From the NCBI GenBank assembly GCA_951406725.2, contig OX597819.1:22630001-22694000 (forward strand): 64,000 bases of DNA. The letters run 5' to 3'. Below, one piece after another: positions 42,290 to 54,674 of this stretch. The stretch's first letter is position 1, and every line of letters begins with the position of its first letter. Origin of the DNA: Octopus vulgaris (lineage: Eukaryota). Under the pieces are notes generated by a model, which was given only the letters and a program-made list of their open reading frames with translations, searched no databases and was not told where the DNA came from. The position numbers were made by a program, and so were the translations under genes.

Positions 42290-43460
42290 TGTTAACATGT
42301 CCAGTCCATTTTTGTTTCTGTCACTTTAAACGGTGGATTATGGGAACAACAGCCTCTTCTCGCATCCAAATTCTTTCTAGATTTTTTGTCTCCTTGTGTC
42401 AGTGCCATCTTGTTACACCCTATATTGTACTGGAGGATGACTAAATTTTATAACTGTACCATTCTTAAATGAAGAGGGTAACAATGCGTGGAGGCGCAAT
42501 GGCCCAGTGGTTAGGGCAGCGGACTTGCGGTCGGAGGATCGCGGTTTCGATTCCCAGACCGGGTGTTGTGTGTGTTTATTGAGTGAAAACACCTAAAAGC
42601 TCCACGAGGCTCCGGCAGGGGATGGTGGTGATCCCTGCTGTACTCTTTCACCACTCTAAAGGCGGTGCTCCAGCATGGCCGCAGTCAAATGACTGAAACA
42701 AGTACAAAAAAAAAATGCACGCTAATTCAATTTTTCCTTCTTCATGCTAAATTGTACGTTTCTCTCACAATGGATTCCAGTTTGAAAAATGTGACGCAGC
42801 CGGGAACGATATTGCGTGGCATCCTCAGTTCTTCGCTTTGGACTTTTGTCATCAATTTTCCCCAGGTAAACCTGGGAGTCAGCTTCTTCCGTTTTCCATC
42901 TACGAATTTGCTCTATGTTTTATTCGCAGTGGAATCGCATGTGGCTTAGCTTTTCAAAGGTGAGTATTTAGGCCCATGTGCTTGCTGCTACCAGGTGTTC
43001 TCTATAGCATTGTAGTTTAGTTAGAAGTTATGACTGAAAGTAATGCAGGGCAGGTCTACACCATGTATCCAAGAGCTTCTTGTGGGCACTTCCAAATACC
43101 CCAAGTAATATTTTGTAACCTTGCCTTGCAATTCTTGCAATCTGAACTTTTCACTGTTCATTTAGAAATGCTTCACGAACGTCGATTTACTAAAGAAATC
43201 ACCTGTGATATCGAGGTTAACTCCAAATGACCGCCTGATTCTCATTTATTTCAATCATTTGTCTCCATTCATTTGACATCGAATGATTTCTCATAATCCA
43301 CGCATGCAAAGCTCAATGGAATGTTGTACTCTTCCTTCCTGTCTTTTGCTGGTTACTACATGCAAATTATAAATCATTAATGAAAACTGCTAGGAGGTAG
43401 GATGACGGTTGCTGGACCTCTATATCATTTGTCCTAAATGATGTTTGAGAAGAACTTATA
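42290..43460 (-). mobile_element. Decayed RTE-like LINE RT region, interrupted by a SINE
   Basis: The reverse complement near 43280-43325 reads IPLSFACVDYEKSFD, the RT 'FVDYEKAFD' motif. Confidence 0.55.
42490..42712 (+). mobile_element. Chimeric SINE: family B head with family A tail
   Basis: ggaggcgcaatggcccagtgg...tactctttcaccact is joined to taaaggcggtgctccagcatggccgcagtcaaatgactgaaacaagta(A)n. Confidence 0.8.
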
Positions 43461-43889
43461 TATGAAGTGGAAAATGTTTGACTTAATTTAACGCCTTCGT
43501 GTAATTAAGCATGTTTAATAAGTAGTACTAGATGCGACCAAATGCTTTTCATATAACCTTATGTCTGCTAATCGATACTGTACACCATGTGAGATACTTG
43601 ATAGATATAAATCAAAAAATTAAGTTATGCATCTAAGTATTCAATGTCAGTTGTGAAAGTAAATATAAATAATGATCTAATTGCGTTGTTGCTTTGCAGT
43701 AAATTAATTAACACAGATGTGCACGACAAAAGGACATGCAATAGGAAAAAGAAGAACTATATGAATATATTTATATACATATCCACGACATACAACCACA
43801 TGCCACTACATGCCACTACATGCCAGGCACACACACACAGTTGCACACACATATGCATATATGTATGCATATATATATATATATATATA

Positions 43890-44093
43890 CCCTTTTTTCT
43901 CTCCTTTTTTCTCTCCTTTTTCTCTCCTTGTTTCTTTCCTTGTTTTTTTTCTGCGTATCTTTCTGTCGAAGAGCATAGGGCTTGAAACGTAAAAGACTTG
44001 TTCTATTTCTATTCCTGACCGCCATACTAATACATTTGTTTGTTTGTACTCCACCTGCCTTCGTCTTTTGTTTATTTTCGTAAACATTCCCGT
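43890..44093 (+). mobile_element. Solo pLTR-like element of PLE family B with HHR-like motif at 43958-43996
   Basis: tcttt CTGTCGAA gagc-atagg-gctt GAAA cg TA aaaga. Homologous to 3800-3970 and to the 3' end at 12215-12250. Confidence 0.7.
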
Positions 44094-44157
<64 letters not shown>

Positions 44158-44357
44158 GGTGTGTGTGTGTATGTATGTATGTATGTATGTATGTGTGTGT
44201 GTAAACACACACACACACACATAAGTCACTTCGAATGCAAAACGACCATTTTCTACGGCTCACCGAAAATCCACAAATTCAATTTTATAAGCGATACTTG
44301 CAAAGACTCAACAAGCACATGCATACAACCCAGGCCTACATATATATATATATATAT

Positions 44358-44656
44358 CACGTGATCACGTGATCCACCAGTCCATCAGATGCAGTCACAC
44401 ATCGCTGGTCACAATGCGTTCGCATTGTTTTAGCCTTCGAATGACGCCACCCCACTGGCTAAGCGAGCAGGCCAACAGAAGAAAGAGTGGGAGAAAGAGT
44501 GGGGAAAGAGTACAGCAGGGATCACCACCCCCTGCCGGAGCCTCGTGGAGCTTTTAGGTGTTTTCGCTCAAAAAACACTCACAACGCCTGGTCTGGAATC
44601 GAAACCGCGATCCTACGACCGCGAGTCCACTGCCCTAACCACTGGCCATTGCGCCT

Positions 44657-44660
<4 letters not shown>
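44358..44660 (-). mobile_element. SINE family B
   Basis: Matches 33405-33712. Confidence 0.85.
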
Positions 44661-44741
<81 letters not shown>

Positions 44742-45471
44742 AATATATATAAATATATAAAATACAAAATGGGACAAGACGCAAAGCATCCAGACAGTTA
44801 GGTGATACAAAAAGGGATAAAAAGACATCCAGATAGAAAATCCAAAGAAAACAAGGACGGGTCATTCGAAGCCCTCTATCCTCAGTCAAGCACCAGATTA
44901 TCATCGCAATTTCGAAAGAAAATACTAAGCTAAGAGCATTAGATTCCTTGGAAGAAGCAGCGAATGTATAAAAAAACAAGGACGGACAAAGTTACACAAA
45001 TATAAATACAATAATAAATACAATAAAAATAATAACAGGACACATCAGGTGTCTTTCGATTAAGGATGAATTGAATTAATCTAGCGCGTGTGGAAATGAA
45101 GCCTCACAGCAGAGATACAAAATTTTCACAAACACAGAGAAGAATATCGATGTTGTAAGTACAGCGGTCAGACCAAGAACGAGCGAACAGGCTAGGCTGA
45201 CCGGCGGTCACGTGGGAAGAGAAGAGAGAAGTAGAAGCAGAGGGACAGAAGAATTAGAGAGGGGCGAGAAAAAAGGACACAGTGAAGTGAAAAGTGGATG
45301 GAAAGTGAGTAAGAAGAGAAGGTAAAGAAATGTGAGAGAGGGGGGATGAAAGAACAAAGAGTGGAATGAACGAATAAGCGTGAAAGGACTGATAGACAGA
45401 CAGAAATAGAGTCGTACAAAATTTAGAAAAATGGGTATTTACATATCAGAGACCAAAGTGTGCGTACGCCG

Positions 45472-45517
<46 letters not shown>

Positions 45518-45521
<4 letters not shown>

Positions 45522-45732
45522 ATGAAAAAAGCAACAAGAATGGATTAGTTTTTCAGTACAATTGTTTCATACGAAGAACAGCTTTATTAAAAGCTGCAAA
45601 TATGTGTGTTTTGGCTGATGAGTACGGGACACTTGTATTTGCTGCAATATTTGCAGCTTTTAATAAAGCTGTTCTTCGTATGAAACAATTGTACTGAAAA
45701 ACTAATCCATTCTTGTTGCTTTTTTCTTGTTT
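45518..45732. mobile_element. Fold-back element with ~86-bp arms overlapping an HHR
   Basis: 45518-45603 is the reverse complement of 45647-45732. Confidence 0.85.
45609..45699 (+). ncRNA. Type I hammerhead ribozyme
   Basis: ttttgg CTGATGA gtacg...cgtat GAAA caattg TA ctgaaa. Palindromic ACAATTGT stem III, GUA site. Confidence 0.8.
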
Positions 45733-45844
45733 ATAATTACCCCACATTATTTTATGGTTAATACCATATAGATTTCTGGTGCATCTAAGTTAAGTACCGC
45801 ATTCATGTGAATTCAATAGAACTCACTTGAATCTTAATTGCTTT

Positions 45845-45892
<48 letters not shown>

Positions 45893-46418
45893 CAAAATGG
45901 GACAAGAACGCAAAATATCCGGACAGTTAGGTGATACAAAAAGGGACAACAAAACATTCAAATAGACGATACAAAGAAAACAAGGACGCTTCATTCGAAG
46001 CCATCTATCCTCAGTCAAGTACCAGATCATCATCGCAATTTCGCATGATTATCCTTGAGTTTGCTCCAATCTGGCCTGCTCCAAAGAAAAACTAAACTAA
46101 GAGCATTAGATTCCTTGGAAGAAACAGCGAATGTATACAAAAACAAGGACGGGAAAAATTGACAATGTTACACAAATATAAATACAATAATAAATACAAT
46201 AAAAATAATATATAAATATACGTGAGTTTGAAGGGATATATTTTCTGAGCGGAGTCCGTATTAGCTCTCAGTCAAGTTCCACTTAACGGCTAACCACAAC
46301 GTTCAGTATCAAACATCTCTCACTGCATTTAGATGTTAGTCGCTTCGTGAATTGTTTCGGCGAGAAATTCCGTATTCTCTTCTGGACAGTAAAAATTGTC
46401 TGAAGTGTATATTATTAC

Positions 46419-46472
<54 letters not shown>

Positions 46473-46479
46473 ACTCTTG

Positions 46480-46873
46480 CTCTTTTACTTGTTTCAGTCA
46501 TTTGAGTGCGGCCATGGTGGAGCACCGCCTTTAGTCGAGCAAATCGACCCCGTGACTTATTCTTTGTAAGCCCAGTACTTATTCTATCGGTCTCTTTTGC
46601 CGAACCGCTAAGTGACGGGGACGTAAACACACCAGCATCGGTTGTCAAGCAATGCTAGGGGGACAAACACACACACACAAACACACACGCATACACATAT
46701 ATACATATATACGACAGGATTCTTTCAGTTTCTGTCTACCAAATCCACTCACAAGGCATTGGTCGGGCCGGGGCTATAGCAGAACACACTTGCCCAAGGT
46801 GCCACGCAGTGGGACAGAACCCGGAATCATGTGGTTGGTTAGCAAGCTACTTACCACACAGCCACTCCTGCGT
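46480..46873 (-). mobile_element. SINE family A, full length
   Basis: Near-identical to 36060-36483. Confidence 0.9.
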
Positions 46874-46874
46874 C

Positions 46875-46889
46875 TATTATTATTATTAA

Positions 46890-46976
<87 letters not shown>

Positions 46977-47005
46977 CATCATTATTATTATTATTATTAT
47001 TATCA

Positions 47006-47067
<62 letters not shown>

Positions 47068-47128
47068 GTAATTATTATTATTATTGTAATTATTATTATT
47101 ATTGTTGTTGTTTTTATTTTTATTATTA

Positions 47129-47222
<94 letters not shown>

Positions 47223-47225
47223 CTA

Positions 47226-47295
<70 letters not shown>
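46875..47295. repeat. (TTA)n switching to (AAT)n microsatellite
   Basis: The repeat changes strand at about 47161. Confidence 0.9.
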
Positions 47296-47297
<2 letters not shown>

Positions 47298-47759
47298 TTA
47301 TGAATATTTGTACACACAAAATTTATTTATATTATAGTTATATACAGCATATTATAATGACCCACACTCGTTTCCGCTCCAGCAGCTACTCACTATTGCA
47401 AATGTAACCATGCAATATTGTCAATGAAGCGCTTCATCAGAGTCTATTCATTTGGTCATTCTTGAAATGAAATTGATTGAAGTAAATTTTCAAAATTTTT
47501 CTGAAGCGGGTGGGTGTGTTGTCATCTATGGTTATGCGCTGCTGACCTCAACTTCACCCCAATCGCCGTCGGCAGTTATGGCTTAGTCTTAAATTCGGTT
47601 AATGCTGCGATTGTTGCTTTTTGTAAAGCTCTTTGCTCGTTTTAATGGTTATATGTGTTATTTTCGCTTTCGTGTGTATTATTGAAGGGTTCTTGTTTGT
47701 TTATATTCATGTTTTGGTTGGGATGAAGATTATTTTTGTTGTACATTATGTATTCGTTT

Positions 47760-47960
47760 ATTCTCTTACTTATTTCAGTCATTTGACTACGGCGATGCTG
47801 GAGCAGCACCTTCTTTAGTCGAACAAATCGACCCCAGGACTTATTCTTTGTAAGCCTAGTACTTATTCCATCGGCCTCTTTTGCCGAATCGCGGGGTATG
47901 TCAAAGCACGTAAACACACCAACATTTGTCAAGCGATGGTGGAGGGACAATCATAGACAC
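47760..47960 (-). mobile_element. SINE family A, 3' half
   Basis: cagtcatttgactacggcgatgctggagc..gaccccaggacttattctttgtaagcc. Confidence 0.8.
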
Positions 47961-48010
47961 ACACACACACACATATATATAATATAATACTATATATATA
48001 TATATATATA

Positions 48011-49705
48011 CTAGCATTATGACCCGTCGTTGCCGAGTCATAGTGCTAGTGCATGTATATATGTGTATATATATGTGTACATATTACATGTACATCTATA
48101 TATATACATCTACACATAAAATACAAAATACAAAGTTATATCTTGATATCGCTAGTGATAACAATACTCAAGATATATAACAGACTGGAATTGTAGGCCC
48201 GTCTCTTGCAATTTCGATGAATTGTATCTTGTCCTCCCTCTTGTATAGAAGTATGGCTACAATCCAGCCTACCTCTACTTCTTGGGGGACATTTAAAATT
48301 TTTATCCGGGACGTCCTACGTCCCAGATATAAAGGTAAAAATAAAATATTTCCACTTTGCAAGGTTCGAGTCGAGTACTTCCTTGCACGCTTCGTTGACT
48401 CGAACCTTGCTACTATTGTGGCGAATGTACCGCCTCTAGTTAGATATCTTTCATAGTCGCACCAAGACACTTTTCGATGGTGCTTTCCTCTAGGTGTTCA
48501 AATCTTTTCTTTTTTCTCTACATTGTATACTTTATAGACAATAGTCTTTTCTTTAATTTAATTTTTTATTTCGTTTGGTGGAGTTATCCTAGATTCACCG
48601 TCTTTGTCGGTGATCAATCCGTATTTCTTCCATTTTAATTTCAATGAGTTCGCGCCCACCGACGGCTGCAGCGAAATTCATTTTTGGACTTTCTTCTATC
48701 GAAGGCATTCTAACAAAAATGCTTCCGTGTAAACGGTGAAAATATTGTCAATTTCCCCAAACAGGGACACAATTCAATTTTTAGACAATATCCAAAGCTC
48801 CTTCTCCCAAAGGGGGAGGGTTACAGTTTACAATTATGTAACAAATGCAACACAACAATGTTTCCTTTACGAGGAACCAACAAACGTGATAACAATAGTT
48901 GAACAGTAATAATAATAACAACAAACCTTACGATGAATCAGGAAGCAGTAAGTAGTTGAAGCTTTAGTCCTTTATGTATAAGAAATAAACCAACAGCAGT
49001 ACTCTGTAGAAGCGGCTGTTCGAGAAAACAGATATTACATACAGCAATACTTCATATAGATACTTAATGCTAGCTAATTAGCAGATAATCTAATGTAAAA
49101 GCACAGCTCCATCTGGACTATTCCATTTCTGCAAGCTAATTTTATTTTAAATTTATTCCCATTCATGTGAAACCACTTATTCAAGTTCAAGTCATTGATG
49201 AAAATTTATACCAATTGCTATTTTTACTTTTGTTATGTTACGATTATATTATAGTTTAGTTTGATTTTAATTATTGCTTACTACATATAATTCAATTGTT
49301 GTTATTATTTTTATTGTTAAAGTGAAAGTATCTGACATAAAATAGAGAAATGTTTTTGTTTCACTTTTAACACGTAATACTGAAATAGTGGAGAAGATAT
49401 GATATTGCTATGGGCTCGCTCTAGGCAAGAAGTTGAACATTTTTTGCCCATGAAACTACATGGACCCTAAGTAAGGCATGTGTAAAATTTGAATGAAATT
49501 GGTTGTGTAGTTCTCAAGTTTTAGGTAATCGTAGTGGAGAAGATATGATATTGCTGTGGGCTCGCCCTAGGCAAAAAGTTTAAAAAATTTTTGCCGAGGA
49601 CACTCCCCTGACCCTACGTAAGTCATGTGTAAAATTTGAATGAAATTGGTTGTGTAGTTCTCAAGTTTTATGGAAACACACAGACAGACAGACACACATT
49701 CTCAG

Positions 49706-49720
<15 letters not shown>
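48011..49720 (-). mobile_element. Composite Helitron-like element with captured LINE-ORF1-like segment and ~145-bp tandem repeat
   Basis: 3' hairpin with CTAG at 48011-48050; 5' end tatataaaaaactgagaatgtgtgtctg at about 49715; duplication 49385-49525 / 49531-49670. Confidence 0.55.
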
Positions 49721-49780
<60 letters not shown>

Positions 49781-50476
49781 CATATACATATATATATACA
49801 CGACGTAATTCTTTAAGTTTCCGCCTACCAAATGCACTCAGAAGGCTTGATCGGCCTGAGGCTAAACTTGAAGGCAATTACCCAAGGTGACACGCAGTGG
49901 TACTGAACCCGGAACCATGTGGTTGATAAGGAAGCTTCTAACCACAGAGGTACTACTGTGACTATATTGTATTAGTAGTATATTTGCCTTTTTATTAATG
50001 ATGCATATTAAGTATTTTTATGTTTAGGCTATTTTCTTCTATCTGTAATATCAAGCCAAATTGTTTCTGGGGCGTTGATTATCTGGAATTATCTTTAAAT
50101 CTCTTAAAAGTCCGACAGTGCTTGTGTAAGCATTATAGTGATTGCTCGTGTCTTGTATTAATTAATGTGTATTTTGATATAAATATTTGGTAAAACTCCT
50201 CTACACCAAAGCGCATCTATTTTCCCATACTCGATAAGGCTTAGCATTACTAATTAGTTCCCAATCGATAGAATAGCTATTGTTTTTGTTTTTGCTACCA
50301 CAAGGACAGGTAAGGTTTTCTGTTAGAAGTCCAGCGTTTGGATGCTTTGCTTTCCCAGGAATAAAAGGGAATGTTGCATCGCTTTACATTGTCTCTTTAC
50401 GTTTGTCTTGGAAGAGCAGACCTTCCTGTTGAAAATTGGGTATGGCCGTATACATATACATATGTATATTAATAAT

Positions 50477-50880
50477 ATTTTATAAGCTTAAAGCTTATAA
50501 GCGATCACCGAGCGATGACTAAAAAGTAGTCTAGTAATGGGGCATATGAGCTCTCGACGGAAAAAAGTAGTTTTCCCCGTGCACGGGGACTCGAAATTAC
50601 ACCACTTTGTTTACACGACAAGAATTCTACCATTCCACTAGTGCACCAACCTGCTTTATTCCGTCAAATTTCAGAGCTACAATTATTTCGTAATTTATTT
50701 TTGTATGCAAATTTTCCTTTAATTTTTTAATGCGAAGGTTTTTGTTAAGCAGTGTCGACTTTTAGAATTCTGTAAACAACGGTAATAGTATTTTATAAGC
50801 TTAAAGCCCATAGCGATCACCGCGCGATGGCTAAAGAAAACAGTTGAATAATGGAGCATATATGCCCTCGGTGGAAAAGA
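50477..50880. repeat. ~90-bp direct repeats flanking a minus-strand tRNA-like sequence (50580-50646)
   Basis: ttttataagcttaaagc..agcgatcaccg..cgatg.ctaaa at about 50478 and 50791. Confidence 0.7.
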
Positions 50881-50891
50881 GTACGTATCAC

Positions 50892-51249
50892 TCTATATAT
50901 AAACGACAAAATGTCTGTGTGTGTGTCCTTTATACAAATCCACAATTCTTCAGTTAGAGGGCTCGCACTTTCTATGGTTATTTAAAATCATCCAAGGGTG
51001 GTCCTGCACATCTTTATATCTCCCCAGTTATCCCGTAAAGCCATTGAAAATCAATAGAAGTGACTTTTTTGCGAATTTTCTATCCAAAACCCAATCAAAA
51101 TGCACGAAACATTATACGCCAATTGAATGCCAGCTAGCTGTATGTGATTGGTGGGAGATTTGGACAGTATTCGCGTGTATGTGCGCACGCACGCAGCTGT
51201 ACATGCATGCACTAGCACTATGACCCGGCGTTGCCGGGTCATAGTGCTA

Positions 51250-51250
<1 letters not shown>
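50892..51250 (+). mobile_element. Helitron-like element with 19-bp perfect terminal hairpin
   Basis: 5' TCtatatataaacgac; 3' actagcactatgacccggc-gtt-gccgggtcatagtgCTAGt. Confidence 0.7.
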
Positions 51251-51287
<37 letters not shown>

Positions 51288-51289
51288 TT

Positions 51290-51606
51290 CGTTTTTTTAT
51301 CTAATTTGCAAGATTCTTTTTGTGAATTCGCGTGTTGTGCCTGAGGTAATTCATATTATCTCAATGCCTTATCATTTAACATACGCACCGGTTCGATTTC
51401 TAATAACATCGTATTTATATTTATTCATCTAGGTTTTTGTTGCTTTTGCAACCTTATTAATCGAAGTTGGAGTCAGCATCCATTGGTAAGGTTGCAAAAG
51501 CAACGAAAATTTTGAAGAAAAATTATAAATAATGAATGGGTAGAAATCGAACCAGTGAGAGTGTTAGATAATGCGGCATTATGGCAATATGAATCTCCTC
51601 AGACAC
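51290..51606. mobile_element. Degenerate fold-back element (same family as 38955-39285 and 54675-55066)
   Basis: gttgcttttgcaacctta / taaggttgcaaaagcaac and ccggttcgatttcta / tagaaatcgaaccag. Confidence 0.7.
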
Positions 51607-51664
51607 TATATATATATATATATATAGGAAGAGAGAGAGAGGGGGGAGAGAGAGATTCTATTAT

Positions 51665-52075
51665 CCTTTTAGTTGTTTCAGTCATTTGACTGCGGCTATG
51701 CTGGAGCACCGCCTTAAAGGTTGTTAGTCGAAGAAATCGACCCCAGGACAGTTTCTTTGTAAACCTAGTTACTTATTCTATTGTTTACTTTTGCAGAACC
51801 CCTAGGTTACGGGGACATAAACAGAACCAGCATTGGTTGTCAAGCGATGGTGAGAGAGTCAAACACTCACACACACACAAATATATACATACATACATTC
51901 ATATATATACGCGACGGGCTTCTTCAAGTTTCCGTCTAACAAATCCACTCACAAGGCTTTGTTCGGACCGAGGCTACAGTAGAAGACACTTGCCCTATAT
52001 GCCACGCAGTGAGACCGAACCCAGAACCATCTGGTTGGGAAGCAAGCTTCTTTCCAAACTGCAACGCCTGCGCCT
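51665..52075 (-). mobile_element. SINE family A, diverged
   Basis: Colinear with 36060-36483. Confidence 0.85.
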
Positions 52076-52077
52076 TA

Positions 52078-52129
<52 letters not shown>

Positions 52130-52194
52130 GGAATAAGGGACACACTAATGAAAAATTGAATAAAGACATACAAATACACGTACACAAATATTCT

Positions 52195-52875
52195 TTTCTA
52201 CTCTACCCATAAGGCACGAAATTTTGGGGGAGAGGAACACTCGATTAGAACGACTCCAGTGTGCAACAGGTACGTAATTTGTCGACCTCAAAACGATGAA
52301 AGTCCTCGCTGGAATTTGAACTCAGAGCACAAAGACACAAGAAATACAGCTTAGCATTTCGCCCGCCGTGCTAACGTTTCTGCCAGCTCGCCGTGTTTTA
52401 CGTATACAAATATTTATGAATACAAAATACATACCTATACATGCATACGAAATTCCTATTTCTTTACTACCCACAAGGGGCTAAACACAGAGGGGACAAA
52501 CAAGGACAGGCAAACGGATTGAGTCGATTACATCGACCCCAGTGCGTAACTGGTACTTAATATATCGACCCCGAAAGGATGAAAGACAAATTCGACCTCG
52601 GTGGAATTTGAACTCAGAACGTAACGGCAGACAAAATACCTATTTCTTTACTACCCACAAGGGGCTAAACACAGAGGGGACAAACAAGGACATACAAACG
52701 GATTAAGTCGATTATGTCGACCCCAGTGCGTAACTGGTACTTAATTTATCGACCGCGAAAGGATGAAAGGCAAAGTCGGCCTCGGCGGAATTTGAACTCA
52801 GAACGTAGCGGCAGACGAAATACGGCTACGCATTTCGCCCGGCGTGCTAACGATTCTACCAGCTCGTCGCCTTGT
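52195..52875 (-). mobile_element. SINE family C cluster with internal tandem unit
   Basis: ctatttctttactacccacaagggg...ggaatttgaactcagaacgta is repeated at about 52456 and 52640. Confidence 0.85.
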
Positions 52876-53319
52876 CATGCAAGTAATTATTTTATTTCTT
52901 CCGACATAACCGCATATCGGTGTGGTGTGTGTGTGTGTGTGTGTGGGTCTGTGTGTGTGTTTGTGTGTGGGTGTCTGAGTGTGCGCGCGCGCGCACGTAT
53001 GTATATATGATGCATGAATTCATTCACTAGTAAAGTTCTAGTTCAAGAGGAACTGCCAACACTTAAGGACACACTTTGATTGGGCATATAAAAATTAAAC
53101 AATACGGAGTTCATTTATTGTGACATACATTCATACTAAGATATAAGCAGAAGGACTCCTCCAAATTATAACCAGATAAATGCAGTAACAAATGTGTAAT
53201 ACCAGAATGTATACAATGTGTTTTATATAAAGATTTATATTAAAAACTACAATGCTGGCTAACATTATATGAGGATCAGTAACTGTTATGTTAACGTTAT
53301 GTGTATATATATATATATA

Positions 53320-53518
53320 TAGTTAATCCAAACATGAAAACACAAAGAGAAAGCAGAACAACGCGAGGACGTGGAACAAGTATAGTATTATTGGACGCTC
53401 AGGAAAGAAGGAAAGAAGGAGGGTTTAACGTTTCGGGCGGAGTTCTTCGTCAGAAACATAGGAAAAGGAAAGATCCAAAGAAGGGAAGACGGAGGAAAAA
53501 AAAATCACTAACGGTCAC

Positions 53519-53520
<2 letters not shown>
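53320..53520 (-). mobile_element. Solo pLTR-like element with HHR (53423-53457, stem II decayed)
   Basis: Reverse complement gttt CTGACGA a gaac-tcc-gccc GAAA cg TT aaac; homologous to 38680-38882. Confidence 0.7.
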
Positions 53521-53564
<44 letters not shown>

Positions 53565-53567
<3 letters not shown>

Positions 53568-53822
53568 TAGAGAAGAACCATTTTTTATCAATTAAACAAT
53601 GAAATAGCAATGATATAATTAAACTATACCATATAGGAAAAAAAATTAGATCTGCAATATAATATCATATACCAATAATTTTTTATTTATTATTTTATAC
53701 TTTACTTAAATATTGGTATATGTTTTTATATTGTATATCTAATTATTTTCTATTTGGTATAATTTAATTATATCATTGTTATTTCATTTTTGAATTGATA
53801 AAAGGTGGTTCTCCTCAAATTT
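53565..53822. repeat. AT-rich imperfect fold-back with ~110-bp arms
   Basis: gagaagaaccattttttatcaatt...tataccaata / tattggtata...aattgataaaaggtggttctcctc. Confidence 0.7.
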
Positions 53823-53907
53823 ATATACATATATTATATATTGTGAAATTTGATTGAGCATTACTAAATTGAGTTTTTCCCTGTAAGTTTAGAATAATAT
53901 TCCCTAA

Positions 53908-53984
<77 letters not shown>

Positions 53985-54276
53985 CAATTTAAATTACTTG
54001 TTCGTAGGGTAGCCGAAGAATAAACGGTTCAACTTCTCTGATGGGGAGGCAATCATCTCCTAAAATGTCCTGCAATATGATTCCGTTATCTTCCTGAAAT
54101 TGTTTCCAGTTTAGTGGTTAGCTTCTTTTTTAAACCATGGTATCAAATTCTCATGTTTTAATCCACTTTTTCTACTTTCTACCGATCAACAAAATACAAG
54201 AAAATGTATGCATGTATGTATGTATGTATGTATGTATGTATGTATGTATGTATGTATGTATGTATGTATGTATGTA

Positions 54277-54309
<33 letters not shown>

Positions 54310-54365
54310 TTATTTATTTATGTATGTATGTATGCATGCATGTATGTATGTATGTTTATATATAT

Positions 54366-54535
54366 AGTAAATCCAAACATGAACAAAGAGAAAACACAAC
54401 AACGCAAGGGCATGGAACAAGTATAGTGCTACAGGACGCTCTGGAACGGAAATAAAGGAGGATTTAAGGTTTCGAGCAGAGCTCTTCGTTTGAAACATAG
54501 AAAAAGGAAAGGTCCAAGGAAGGGAAGACGGAAGC
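54366..54535 (-). mobile_element. Solo pLTR-like element, HHR decayed
   Basis: Homologous to 38680-38882; the core is mutated (tttcgagcagagctcttcgtttgaaac). Confidence 0.6.
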
Positions 54536-54674
54536 AACGTATAAATAACTTATGGACTAAACACAAATTAAATATTTTTCAGTTAAAATACCATTGCATG
54601 AATTTGAATCAGGATATTACATCATAGTCGACTATGTCGAGATTATAATAGAGTAAAACATCTAGTCTTTATAT

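Larger units (their letters stand above)
44758..46212. repeat. Two copies (about 44758-45035 and 45886-46212) of a (TA)n-anchored dispersed repeat
   Basis: aaaatacaaaatgggacaaga..gacagttaggtgatacaaaaggga..taagagcattagattccttggaagaa occurs twice, each time directly after (TA)n. Confidence 0.8.

Noticed and set aside
44850-44895. Minus-strand CTGAGGA...GAAT...GTC as a hammerhead
   Set aside because: No GAAA and no stem I pairing.
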